DNA of 64,000 nucleotides from Candidatus Enterousia sp. (GCA_045649345.1 JAZRPS010000018.1:75499-139498); one strand, 5' to 3'; shown: positions 49,677 through 58,659, numbered from the stretch's first letter. The notes: generated by a model not told the origin, from the letters alone. A program made the numbers and translations.

Positions 49677-52283
49677 TCATTCACTTGGTGGACGGATAAA
49701 GCAACTGGTATAATTACTGTTTCCAAAACTGCCTGATTGCACACAATTCACCCCTGCTTTTACACACATATATTTGCACCGTGTAGAACCAGATGAATTA
49801 TCCGGCGTTCCAAAATCACACGTCGCATCAAAAAATGTATTATATGTGCCAGACGTATTTTTCCCCACAGTATAAACCCTAATATCTTCTTTCCATGTAC
49901 CTTTATTTTCTGTACAAGCTTCAATAGCTTTATATATATAGTCACCACGTGACGTTGATTGGTATATATCATGATAAAGAATAGTTGTTGATGCCCCAGC
50001 CAAAGGCAACCATTCAGTATTCCCTGCCCCCGGCGAAACAACTTCACTATCAGCTATACATTTCAATTTTAATTTCACATACGGACACGGTGTTGGCGTA
50101 TCTTTTTGACAACCACCACCACGTATCATATACACTGACGCATCAACCTGAACGCTTGTACTTTTAATCTTTGACGCGATATATTTTTCAACCGCCTTTT
50201 GTTCCGCACGACGTCTTTTAAACGTATCTTTCTCAGAAAATGGTTCTTGCAAGACAACCTCAAACAAACATGCCCGCCCCGCCATTTTGCCAAAGTATCC
50301 ATCAATAACAGACTGCCCTTTGGCGGTTAAATCCTGATTTGCAATCATTTCTGGCATTGAAATAATTTCCCAATCTTCATTTTTCTTTGCCGTCTTTACA
50401 GAATTCAGCACCGAACCAATCATTTGACTTTTCTCATCACCTTCGGTACCACCTGTCACGGACGAAAGCAAGCTTGTAATACCGGCATTATCTTCTTCAC
50501 TAAGCACAATCGGTGTTTCAGGCGACACGCGCATAACGACAGAATCGCTAACAATTTCCTGACGTTTCTTGTCATACTCTGCCTCTATTTCATCTGACTT
50601 TTCTTTTTTATCGTCCCCGGAATTTATCGCGATATTGGCAACCGCACTGCCAATCGCACCAACCGCTGCCAATGTCGTACCTGTCTTTTTATCTTTCGCA
50701 GTTTCTTCTTTCTGTGCAGCCCACTTTTTCGCATCTTCGCCATTCGGGTCACTTAACGCACGTGCCAGCGATGTATACGCACCACTCGTCTTGCCCAATG
50801 CAACATCGTCATATAATCCAGACGTCGCACCGTCTAATATCGCCTCGCTCTCTATCCCAGGACGAAGACCCAACGCTTCTTTCCGAACCTTTAAGTCATT
50901 CGCCAACGCAACATATTCTGTATATAACGGCAACAAACTATTCGCCCCAGGCAATTCAACTTCTTTTTCGCCACCCTTTACATTCTTGCCAGGCGCATAA
51001 TTGCAATGCATCGTCGCAAGATACGCCGCCATGTCCAGTTCCGCCGCTTCGTCCGCCTTTTGTTCCGCACCCGCAGACATAGATTGCATCAATCCCATTC
51101 CAGTCATACCCATACCAGCCGCACCCAACAGTTTGTTTTCCATCGACTGTTCTTTCTCTTTCATCTTTCTTGCGTTTTCTTCCAGTTCCGCAACACGCGC
51201 CTTTTGGTCTTCCTCGCTCAGAACCATACCGGCAACACACTTGTTATTGTCTTTATCAACACTGTAATTTTTCTTACACGCCGTAATCACACAAACCAAT
51301 TTACCACCACGGTTTTTATATTCACCTGCGGTCGCATTCTTATCACCTGGCGTACACGGCTGTTTATTTTTACTTTCGCACTTATTGTCTTTTAATTCGT
51401 AATCTTCACTGACGCATTTATCTATCTTACATACCGCCTTGTCATTATCACAGATCATCTTTGCACTGGCTGCATCATCCGGCAAACGGGGTTTTGTATC
51501 TGCTGTACATTCTTTATTCTCTGCCCATGCAACACATTTTTCATTTTCCAAACTAAAACCACACTTACATTCCTGGGCAACACAGATTTCCGTACCCTTT
51601 TTTATTCCTGTTTTTGTCGCATTTGGGTGTTCTTTTGCCTGGGCATCTGTACATTTGTTCAGCATTTCACGACAATATTCCCCACTGCCATCAGCGCTAA
51701 ATTCCTTTTTATAGCCATTTTTACATTTTTCCAGTTTACAGACCCAAGCGTCACCATTCTCTACCCATTCCCCGGTTCCATTGTCAAACTTACACTTTTG
51801 TTCTTTGCACTTGGCACTTTTACCACTGCCCTTTAATTTCCAACGGGGTTCGATACATGCCGACGGCGCACAATTATTGTTTATATCACGCGCCTTTATC
51901 CCTTGTTCCTTTGCACCTTCTAAAGAACATTCTTTTTTTGTGACTTCACCCAACACCTTTGAATTAACTTCCATCTTAATCGTGCCAAAATCTTTTTTTC
52001 CATCTGTTGAACTTACATCTAAAATCTGGGTTTTCTGCCCAACATAAGACAGCTGAATCGAACTGCCAACACCAACATCCAACTTAAACTTTCCATCCGC
52101 ATCGGCCGCTGTGCCATTGTTAACCACTTGTTTTAGCACATTTGAATATTCCTGCACAGCTGCACCAATACAAGGATCACCATCGCACACAACAGTCCCC
52201 GTCACAGTCACGTTCGCCCCAAACACAGGCGTGACGGCACACAATGGAATTAACAATGATAAAAATGCAAAGAATTTAAACAA
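49677..52283 (-). CDS. Large secreted Cys-rich protein with a carboxypeptidase-regulatory-like N-terminus, Cys/Lys-rich repeats and a central glycine-zipper plus coiled-coil module; function unknown
   Basis: Signal MFKFFAFLSLLIPLCAVTPVFGA, then VTVTGTVVCDGDPCIGAAV, many CxxC-type repeats, GAAGMGMTGMGLMQSMSAGA and a Cys-rich C-terminus. Confidence 0.6.
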   Translation of the reverse strand: MFKFFAFLSLLIPLCAVTPVFGANVTVTGTVVCDGDPCIGAAVQEYSNVLKQVVNNGTAADADGKFKLDVGVGSSIQLSYVGQKTQILDVSSTDGKKDFGTIKMEVNSKVLGEVTKKECSLEGAKEQGIKARDINNNCAPSACIEPRWKLKGSGKSAKCKEQKCKFDNGTGEWVENGDAWVCKLEKCKNGYKKEFSADGSGEYCREMLNKCTDAQAKEHPNATKTGIKKGTEICVAQECKCGFSLENEKCVAWAENKECTADTKPRLPDDAASAKMICDNDKAVCKIDKCVSEDYELKDNKCESKNKQPCTPGDKNATAGEYKNRGGKLVCVITACKKNYSVDKDNNKCVAGMVLSEEDQKARVAELEENARKMKEKEQSMENKLLGAAGMGMTGMGLMQSMSAGAEQKADEAAELDMAAYLATMHCNYAPGKNVKGGEKEVELPGANSLLPLYTEYVALANDLKVRKEALGLRPGIESEAILDGATSGLYDDVALGKTSGAYTSLARALSDPNGEDAKKWAAQKEETAKDKKTGTTLAAVGAIGSAVANIAINSGDDKKEKSDEIEAEYDKKRQEIVSDSVVMRVSPETPIVLSEEDNAGITSLLSSVTGGTEGDEKSQMIGSVLNSVKTAKKNEDWEIISMPEMIANQDLTAKGQSVIDGYFGKMAGRACLFEVVLQEPFSEKDTFKRRRAEQKAVEKYIASKIKSTSVQVDASVYMIRGGGCQKDTPTPCPYVKLKLKCIADSEVVSPGAGNTEWLPLAGASTTILYHDIYQSTSRGDYIYKAIEACTENKGTWKEDIRVYTVGKNTSGTYNTFFDATCDFGTPDNSSGSTRCKYMCVKAGVNCVQSGSFGNSNYTSCFIRPPSE

Positions 52284-52436
52284 AATCTCTCTCCTGCTCA
52301 GCCAAAAAAACCGGTGTTTTTTTTAGGCATAATTCCAACTTCCATTTTTCCTTATTTTATCATATTTTTTTGATGTAATGCCAGTAAAAAATTGCTGAAA
52401 AAAACACTTTTTTTAGGCATATTTTCCATAATCCCA

Positions 52437-52463
52437 CAAAAAAACCGCCTTTATTGGCGGGTT
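52437..52463 (-). terminator. Terminator downstream of the VanX-like gene
   Basis: accgcctttattggcgggt hairpin followed by a T-run on the minus strand. Confidence 0.55.
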
Positions 52464-52560
52464 TGTCTATCTTGGTTGTGCAACATGTGCAATTTGCGAG
52501 CCGAGTTGGCAGAGATTGGGCGAAAGATTGATGAGGTAAAAGAGAAATTAGGATTATAAA

Positions 52561-53277
52561 TTATTTTGGCATACCATATAAAGCGATACTTTTTTTTGAA
52601 TATGCGGCCCACATTCTGTCCCCATAACAGAAATGCCACCATTCGCCAGGATAATTTTTGAAGCCTATATTTTCCAAAGCTGTTTTTAAAATTTTTCTGT
52701 TATATTTTTGTTTTGGGGTTAAATGTTTTGATTTTGTACAAGTTTTATTATTTGTTTCCTGATAGTTTGTTCCCATATCGTAATCTTTCCCATTTTTATC
52801 GCACAAAGAAATATCTATGGCACCACCCGTTTGATGACCACCAAAACCAAATCGTGGGTCAGCACAAACAGCCTTGGTTTTAATTATAATTTCTTGTTCT
52901 GATAAATCAGGGTTTGCATTTTTAATTTTTTGATAATTTTTATTCCATAATAGAACCTGTTCATCATGGGAGCGGAATGCAGAATATATTTTAAAAAAAT
53001 GATTATCAGGTAATATCTTTTGAGCTTGTTTAATTTTATCATATACTGTTTTTCGCAGATAGACATTTTTGCGTTGTTTTAATTCTGATGAAAAACGTAT
53101 CGTTTTATCACCAGTTATATCAACCAATTTTTCGCCATTTTCTTTGATTGGTATATTGTTAATTATGGATGCAGGGATGGTCATACGCAGACCCAATCGC
53201 CATAATATATATTTAGTTTTATCTTTTATTTTCTTAATCATGTGAAACATTATAACATAGAGGGTTCGAAAGTTCAA
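52561..53277 (-). CDS. D-Ala-D-Ala dipeptidase (VanX/DdpX, M15D family)
   Basis: SAFRSHDEQ, GGHQTGGAIDISL and EWWHF zinc/catalytic motifs. The gene is markedly AT-richer than its neighbours. Confidence 0.75.
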   Translation of the reverse strand: MNFRTLYVIMFHMIKKIKDKTKYILWRLGLRMTIPASIINNIPIKENGEKLVDITGDKTIRFSSELKQRKNVYLRKTVYDKIKQAQKILPDNHFFKIYSAFRSHDEQVLLWNKNYQKIKNANPDLSEQEIIIKTKAVCADPRFGFGGHQTGGAIDISLCDKNGKDYDMGTNYQETNNKTCTKSKHLTPKQKYNRKILKTALENIGFKNYPGEWWHFCYGDRMWAAYSKKSIALYGMPK

Positions 53278-53369
53278 AAAATAATGATTTTTGATTTGTC
53301 AACATTCGAACTCGGTGGAAATATTAGAAAACAAAAGAAAACTTGCCTCGATAGGCAAGTTTTGAAACT

Positions 53370-53443
53370 TTGGTTGGGGCAGCTGGATTCGAACCAACAC
53401 TGACGGAGTCAGAGTCCGGAGTTCTACCATTAAACTATGCCCC
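53370..53443 (-). tRNA. tRNA-Gln (anticodon CTG)
   Basis: TGGGGCATAGTTTAATGGTAGAACTCCGGACTCTGACTCCGTCAGTGTTGGTTCGAATCCAGCTGCCCCAACCA has the Gln-characteristic U1:A72 pair. Confidence 0.85.
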
Positions 53444-53444
53444 A
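53407..53444. repeat. 38-bp direct repeat, copy 1 (tRNA-Gln positions 1-38 plus 1 nt flank); its partner lies at 56175-56212
   Basis: gtcagagtccggagttctaccattaaactatgccccaa is identical at both sites. Confidence 0.9.
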
Positions 53445-53500
53445 AGCACCGCGGATTATAAGCCTTTTTTATTTTTAATGCAAGTAGAAAGTTTTTTCTA

Positions 53501-53518
53501 TGTAAAAAATATGTAAAA
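53501..53518. repeat. 18-bp motif TGTAAAAAATATGTAAAA, copy 1 (copy 2 at 56023-56040)
   Basis: Exact repeat at both borders of the tRNA-Gln islet in the same orientation, each upstream of a plus-strand gene. Confidence 0.8.
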
Positions 53519-53613
53519 TTTTTTGCAAAATGTGATATAATACCCATGACACAGGCGACTGTGTTGGGGCGTAAGAACCTCGCTATTTTCGGTGTCCGTG
53601 GGGACAATAAATA

Positions 53614-53720
53614 CCTCCAACTTTATTTTGGTTGGAGGGTCGCGAATATATTGAATAAGCGCGCTATTTTCCGAAAATAATAGTTCTTAACCTCCAACCG
53701 TCCGCTTTGTGACGGTTATT
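53614..53720 (+). promoter_or_regulatory. Structured 5' leader with alternative pairings (candidate attenuator) upstream of the 53743 gene
   Basis: cctccaac (53614-21) can pair with gttggagg (53631-38). A second cctccaacc (53691-99) overlaps the terminator-like stem aaccgtc/gacggtt + ATTTTAT (53696-53720), so the two pairings are mutually exclusive. Confidence 0.3.
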
Positions 53721-53742
53721 TTATAACAAAGGGAATACAAAT

Positions 53743-54669
53743 ATGCGATTAACATTTGGGATTTTATTGTCGTTGATGGTGGGGGTTGCACACGCAAACA
53801 CAGACCTGGCCGCGGCGATTGAAAATGTTCGCGCCACATGCGGAAACATCAGTGCGGAATTATCAGACATGAAAAAAATGGCGGGTATAACAACGGCGGT
53901 GACGGGTGTTGGAACGGTCGCCGGTGGTGTGGCACTGGGGACCGGTATTGCCAAGGCAAATGTTGATAAAGAAATAGAAGAATTAGAATCCCAAATCGCA
54001 CGCTTAAACGCGGAACGCGGTGATGTGCCGATTGAACATTTGCAAATAGAAGACGAGGCCTTATTCAAACGCCAGGTGAATGAGTTTATTGCGTATTATC
54101 AGGCGAAAGAGCAAGAAATATCAGTAGCTGAACAAAAATCAAAAAATCTTGGCAATTGGCGTACCGGCACATTGGCGGCCGCCACAGCAACAAACATTGC
54201 AGGTGCGGTTATGTCGGGCACAAATCGGGTCAAGGGAGATTTGAAACAACAAATTGATGAATGCTTGGTATCTGTAAAAACATTGTCCAACATTCGTATG
54301 CAGGCACGCATAGACGGCAGTGCCACAGACACAGATTTAGCACGTGCCGAAAATATTATTCGTGCATGCGATGCATGGACCACGGTTGACATCACATCAA
54401 TCAACAATCGTTCCAAGGGCGCAACAGTATCATCTGGCATTGGTGCGGGATTGGGACTTGCCGGCACAATAACATCCGCATCGGCAAATTCAAAGGACGT
54501 TCGCGATGGCGACAGCGACAAAGAAAAGAACTTGAACACAGCGGCAAATGTGTTGGCCGGTGGTACAACCGTTGCATCGGCGACCGCAACAATATTTAAC
54601 GCGACACAAATAAATGCAATAAAACGTGCGGCAACCGTTGCCGATGAATGCGAGGGGGCGCTGAGATAA
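53743..54669 (+). CDS. Secreted glycine-zipper / coiled-coil protein (possible membrane-active or pore-forming protein); unknown family
   Basis: Signal MRLTFGILLSLMVGVAHA, then three Gly/Ala/Thr-rich hydrophobic segments (AGITTAVTGVGTVAGGVALGTGIA, GTLAAATATNIAGAVMSG, SSGIGAGLGLAGTITSA) alternating with charged helices. Confidence 0.55.
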   Translation: MRLTFGILLSLMVGVAHANTDLAAAIENVRATCGNISAELSDMKKMAGITTAVTGVGTVAGGVALGTGIAKANVDKEIEELESQIARLNAERGDVPIEHLQIEDEALFKRQVNEFIAYYQAKEQEISVAEQKSKNLGNWRTGTLAAATATNIAGAVMSGTNRVKGDLKQQIDECLVSVKTLSNIRMQARIDGSATDTDLARAENIIRACDAWTTVDITSINNRSKGATVSSGIGAGLGLAGTITSASANSKDVRDGDSDKEKNLNTAANVLAGGTTVASATATIFNATQINAIKRAATVADECEGALR

Positions 54670-54670
54670 A

Positions 54671-55411
54671 ATGAAAAAGATACTACTTATTGCAGGTATG
54701 ATTGCCACACCATTAAGCGTGGCATTGGCAAAAGGTATTAACTTTGATACGGCAATACGATGGAACACACAAGTTATTTCACAGGCACTGAAAGATACTG
54801 GATTTAAACCAAGTTCCAGTGTGGGACCCGTGTATAATAGAATACTTAAAGCGTTGTTAGCTCTGGATACATTTTCGGCACGCCAAGCTGTTGAAGTCTG
54901 TATGGAAGAATGCAACAAGTCAAAGATGTTAAAAGAAGGACAAGGTAATAGTGGCAAGAAATGTCCACAGTTGTGTCAAGAATTTGCAAGTTCGTTAGTA
55001 ATAGCAAATAATAAAGCAAATAACGCTTTGTTGACTGGGAATACTGAACACAAAACCGTTAGTTATCGAGTTTATTTTAGTAAAGAAAGTGCTGCATATA
55101 TTACCGGTACTAGCCCTATTACTCATGATGTAATTATTACTTTTAAGGACGAAGAACACTCTTCTAAGACTTTTTGTAAGAAATTGACAGCAGATGCATT
55201 TGAGCGCGGTCTAAAATACCCTATGACATGTGGCGGTGAGTGTAAACTGTTCGGAAACGATATAATCGAGGTTTCAGCTAGTGGGACTGGTCGATACTAT
55301 GACACTTTATACTATGAAGTTGATGATTTTTGTGATAGTTGGTATGGCCGTGAAGGTAAGTTTTTCTGGCGCGTTAATTTTGATGGTACTATGGAAGAAC
55401 TAAAGAACTAG
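54671..55411 (+). CDS. Secreted Cys-rich hypothetical protein
   Basis: Signal MKKILLIAGMIATPLSVALA, several Cys pairs, and a 1-nt gap from the upstream gene. Confidence 0.55.
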   Translation: MKKILLIAGMIATPLSVALAKGINFDTAIRWNTQVISQALKDTGFKPSSSVGPVYNRILKALLALDTFSARQAVEVCMEECNKSKMLKEGQGNSGKKCPQLCQEFASSLVIANNKANNALLTGNTEHKTVSYRVYFSKESAAYITGTSPITHDVIITFKDEEHSSKTFCKKLTADAFERGLKYPMTCGGECKLFGNDIIEVSASGTGRYYDTLYYEVDDFCDSWYGREGKFFWRVNFDGTMEELKN

Positions 55412-55459
55412 ACAGATGACACAATAGAATTTGATATAAATAACAAAAAGGAAAATACT

Positions 55460-55978
55460 ATGTTAAACACAATGAATATTACTGAAATAATGCGATTGAC
55501 AGATGCTGTTTATGAATGCGATAAACTTGGCCACGGTCAAAACATTGATTCATTCAAAGAAATCAGCAACCCAAATCGTATTAAACGATTTGTACGATTT
55601 GAAAATCGCACACCGCACAGTAAATATCAATCTGCCCTGACAGATAACTTGAAAAATGCTGGCAATGGCGAAGCCGTTATTACAATGAAAATTACCGAGC
55701 AAAATGGAAACTTTATTTTGTCAGATCGTGGTTTTACGAGTGCAACCTTTATTGACTTGTCCAAAGTATCCGATGAAGAAAAAGCGTTTTTGAGTGAATT
55801 GATTCGCAACACACAAACAAAAATGCAGTTGGCCAAAGCGCAATCCAAAGCAGATAAATTGAACGCTGGTATTACACAAATCCAAGATGCCGCAAACAAA
55901 ACAAAATCTGGTTTGGGCAGTCGCAACGTCAATGCACTAAAACAAATTATTGCCGAAACCGCAGAATACACAAAATAA
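55460..55978 (+). CDS. Hypothetical protein (no signal peptide)
   Basis: 172 aa, last gene of the islet, followed by the terminator ccaccgccccatatgggcggtg + T-run. Confidence 0.5.
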   Translation: MLNTMNITEIMRLTDAVYECDKLGHGQNIDSFKEISNPNRIKRFVRFENRTPHSKYQSALTDNLKNAGNGEAVITMKITEQNGNFILSDRGFTSATFIDLSKVSDEEKAFLSELIRNTQTKMQLAKAQSKADKLNAGITQIQDAANKTKSGLGSRNVNALKQIIAETAEYTK

Positions 55979-56022
55979 CTCCACCGCCCCATATGGGCGG
56001 TGTTTTTATGCCAAAATTCCTG

Positions 56023-56040
56023 TGTAAAAAATATGTAAAA
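56023..56040. repeat. 18-bp motif TGTAAAAAATATGTAAAA, copy 2
   Basis: Identical to 53501-53518. Confidence 0.8.
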
Positions 56041-56174
56041 CTGAAACTATATACGGACCAGCTTAAACCAGCCTGTATGCAGTGATATGCACAAATGTTA
56101 AACGGCCATTTTTGCCCGAAATTCAGGCTGTATTGCGCGGAAATCTGGGAATTTTTTTGTGTAGCATATAGGTT

Positions 56175-56212
56175 GTCAGAGTCCGGAGTTCTACCATTAA
56201 ACTATGCCCCAA
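56175..56212. repeat. 38-bp direct repeat, copy 2: a 5'-half fragment of tRNA-Gln (pseudo-tRNA fragment)
   Basis: Identical to 53407-53444; 2.73 kb separates the two copies. Confidence 0.9.
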
Positions 56213-56346
56213 TGCCCGCCTATTATATGCATCACGAATACATTTTGCAAGCAGAAAATTTAACACTTTTTACCCCCCCACACACAAAAACAATATTGAC
56301 AAATTTTATTATTGTGCTATACTCTGCCCATAAAAAGGCGCACAAT

Positions 56347-57087
56347 ATGCAAAAACCAACAATTGAATACAAAACTATTATTATTAATGAAAAAAACATT
56401 CAAGCATTTCGCATGCTGCCGGGGGTTCGTGGTCGATATATATCGAACAATCACAAAATTATTATATACCGATACACAATCGCATCAAATTTAATACTGC
56501 CCCAAAACGACAATGCTCATAAAAAGATTGCAGAAATAAAGCGCGAAGAACCAATGGTTTTAGCACACGAAATGCAACACGCACAAAACAGAATGAAATC
56601 CGAACCAATAACAACGATTTCAAACAATATTTATGAATATATCGCTCTGCATTGCATGGACGAGGCATCAGCATTCACCGCTGGAATTTTATCAGGTCAA
56701 CGAATAAAAACAAACAAAGCTGTTTTACAAGCTGCAATTGACGGCACCAATGAATTTCTGGCAAAAAAAGAATTTTATTTAACACGATTTGCAAGTGTCA
56801 TTATGAACGACGTCGTGTCCTTTAATAACGAAAAACCAACGTCTAGCATGATTAAACGCAATGGCGCAAAATTCTTTGAACAAAACTTTTCTACGAACTT
56901 TCGTGCCACATTATCTACATATTTTACATTCAATGGGTATTGTTTATTAAATGATTCTGCATTGCACACAACCAAAGAATGGCAGATATTTCGCAACAAT
57001 GTCAAAGAAATTAAGACCGCGTGCATCAATCGTGCATCTGCAATTGCGAACATGATCAAGCAACATAATTACTTTTATGGTTGCTAA
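56347..57087 (+). CDS. Hypothetical protein with HExxH zinc-metallopeptidase-like motif
   Basis: PMVLAHEMQHAQNRM. Start trimmed to MQKPTIEYK because the ORF-track extension runs through the tRNA-Gln fragment. Confidence 0.5.
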   Translation: MQKPTIEYKTIIINEKNIQAFRMLPGVRGRYISNNHKIIIYRYTIASNLILPQNDNAHKKIAEIKREEPMVLAHEMQHAQNRMKSEPITTISNNIYEYIALHCMDEASAFTAGILSGQRIKTNKAVLQAAIDGTNEFLAKKEFYLTRFASVIMNDVVSFNNEKPTSSMIKRNGAKFFEQNFSTNFRATLSTYFTFNGYCLLNDSALHTTKEWQIFRNNVKEIKTACINRASAIANMIKQHNYFYGC

Positions 57088-57133
57088 ATAACCAAAGACT
57101 TCTGTCACAAAATAGTGTATAATAACATACACT

Positions 57134-57667
57134 ATGAACGTATCTGCAAAGACAATCTTTGAATTTCATAAAACACGAACCGCATGCCATATTAAATGCA
57201 TGAACTATTTTGCACAATTATTGGGCTATCATTTCCCAGAACATGATAACGACAAAAATAATGACCCGGTTCGTATTGGATATGCCTATATGAACTATGT
57301 ACGATATCATCGTGGGTGCAAGATGTTGCCTGTATACGTTGATATATTTCACCATGCACATGGTGAACATCATCGTTCACAACCACACCATATTGAACAT
57401 TATGAATCTGTTTCTAATATTCCAAAAATACGCCTAATCGAAATGGTCTGCGACTGGTTCAGCGCGAATTTTGAACAATCATATATTTTGCATGAAAAAA
57501 ATGTTGGCACAGTCTATGATTTTTATAAAAAATTTTGCCAATCATCAAAATGGACACGCCAACAACGCAAGATTATAGAAAATGCGATTGCGTATATCAG
57601 CACACACACAGACCATCAACAAGCACTAAAAATATGGCAATCTGTACTTGAATTATCTGACCTATAA
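57134..57667 (+). CDS. Hypothetical His-rich protein
   Basis: 177 aa with the His cluster FHHAHGEHHRSQPHHIEHYE; a terminator follows at 57676-57708. Confidence 0.45.
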   Translation: MNVSAKTIFEFHKTRTACHIKCMNYFAQLLGYHFPEHDNDKNNDPVRIGYAYMNYVRYHRGCKMLPVYVDIFHHAHGEHHRSQPHHIEHYESVSNIPKIRLIEMVCDWFSANFEQSYILHEKNVGTVYDFYKKFCQSSKWTRQQRKIIENAIAYISTHTDHQQALKIWQSVLELSDL

Positions 57668-57720
57668 AAGATTTACAAAAAAAATCCCCCAAACGGGGGA
57701 TTTTTTAACTAAATGTATTT

Positions 57721-58590
57721 TTAGCCCAACATCTTGGCAACTTCGTCGGCCAAATTGTCTTCGCGTTTTTCAATACCTTCACCCAAGACATAGTATGCAA
57801 AGCCTGCCAATTTACCGTTGGCTTCTTCGATAACCTGTTTTACTGTCTTTGATGGATCCATAACGAATGGTTGTTCTTCCAGAACAGATTCGCCATAGTA
57901 TTTCTTGATACGCCCTTCGACCATCTTTTCAACGATATTTTCTGGTTTACCTGCTGTTGCGCCGGATTCGATAAACACTTTCTTTTCACGTTCAACAGCA
58001 ACCGGATCAACGTCTGCGATTGTCATAAATTCAGGCTTATTTGCGGCAATGTGCATTGCGATTTTCGAACCAATTTCGTCAATTTTTGCATCTGTTCCAT
58101 TGATTGCAACCGCAACACCAATCTGCCCCATACCTGGGACCAATGCATTGTGAATATATGTAAAGATTTTATCACCTTCGACCATTGCGATACGACGCAG
58201 GTTCATATTTTCACCAATGGTTGAAATTGTTGCCGCGATATCGTCCTTTACAGCTGCCATTGTTGCATCGAAATCACCCTTTAATTCCATCGCTTTGGCT
58301 GCGACATCCGCGACCAATTTTTGGAACTTTTCATTTTTTGCAACAAAGTCTGTTTCTGCATTCAATTCAACGACACAACCCATATTGTCACATTTAACAA
58401 CCGTCACCAAACCAGATGCTGCAACACGACCTGCCTTGGATGCAGCCTTTACAATACCCTTTTGACGCAACCAATCAGCAGCAGCTTCGATGTCACCGTT
58501 ATTTTCAATCAACGCTTTTTTACAGTCCATCATACCGGCGGATGTTTTTTCACGCAATTGCTGAATTAATTTTGCTGTAATTTCTGCCAT
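57721..58590 (-). CDS. tsf: Elongation factor Ts
   Basis: MAEITAKLIQQLREKTSAGMMDCKKAL UBA-like N-terminus; full-length EF-Ts. Confidence 0.95.
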   Translation of the reverse strand: MAEITAKLIQQLREKTSAGMMDCKKALIENNGDIEAAADWLRQKGIVKAASKAGRVAASGLVTVVKCDNMGCVVELNAETDFVAKNEKFQKLVADVAAKAMELKGDFDATMAAVKDDIAATISTIGENMNLRRIAMVEGDKIFTYIHNALVPGMGQIGVAVAINGTDAKIDEIGSKIAMHIAANKPEFMTIADVDPVAVEREKKVFIESGATAGKPENIVEKMVEGRIKKYYGESVLEEQPFVMDPSKTVKQVIEEANGKLAGFAYYVLGEGIEKREDNLADEVAKMLG

Positions 58591-58659
58591 TGTAATCTCC
58601 CATAATTATTTAAGTATGTGTGGGGCAACATACCCCACACTTATAATATCAACAGATAA

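Noticed and set aside
53298-53318. TTCGAAT palindrome (gtcaacattcgaactcggtgg) just downstream of tRNA-Gln, as a possible further T-loop fragment
   Set aside because: There are no flanking stem complementarity or acceptor-like sequences. It is a short common palindrome and probably coincidental.
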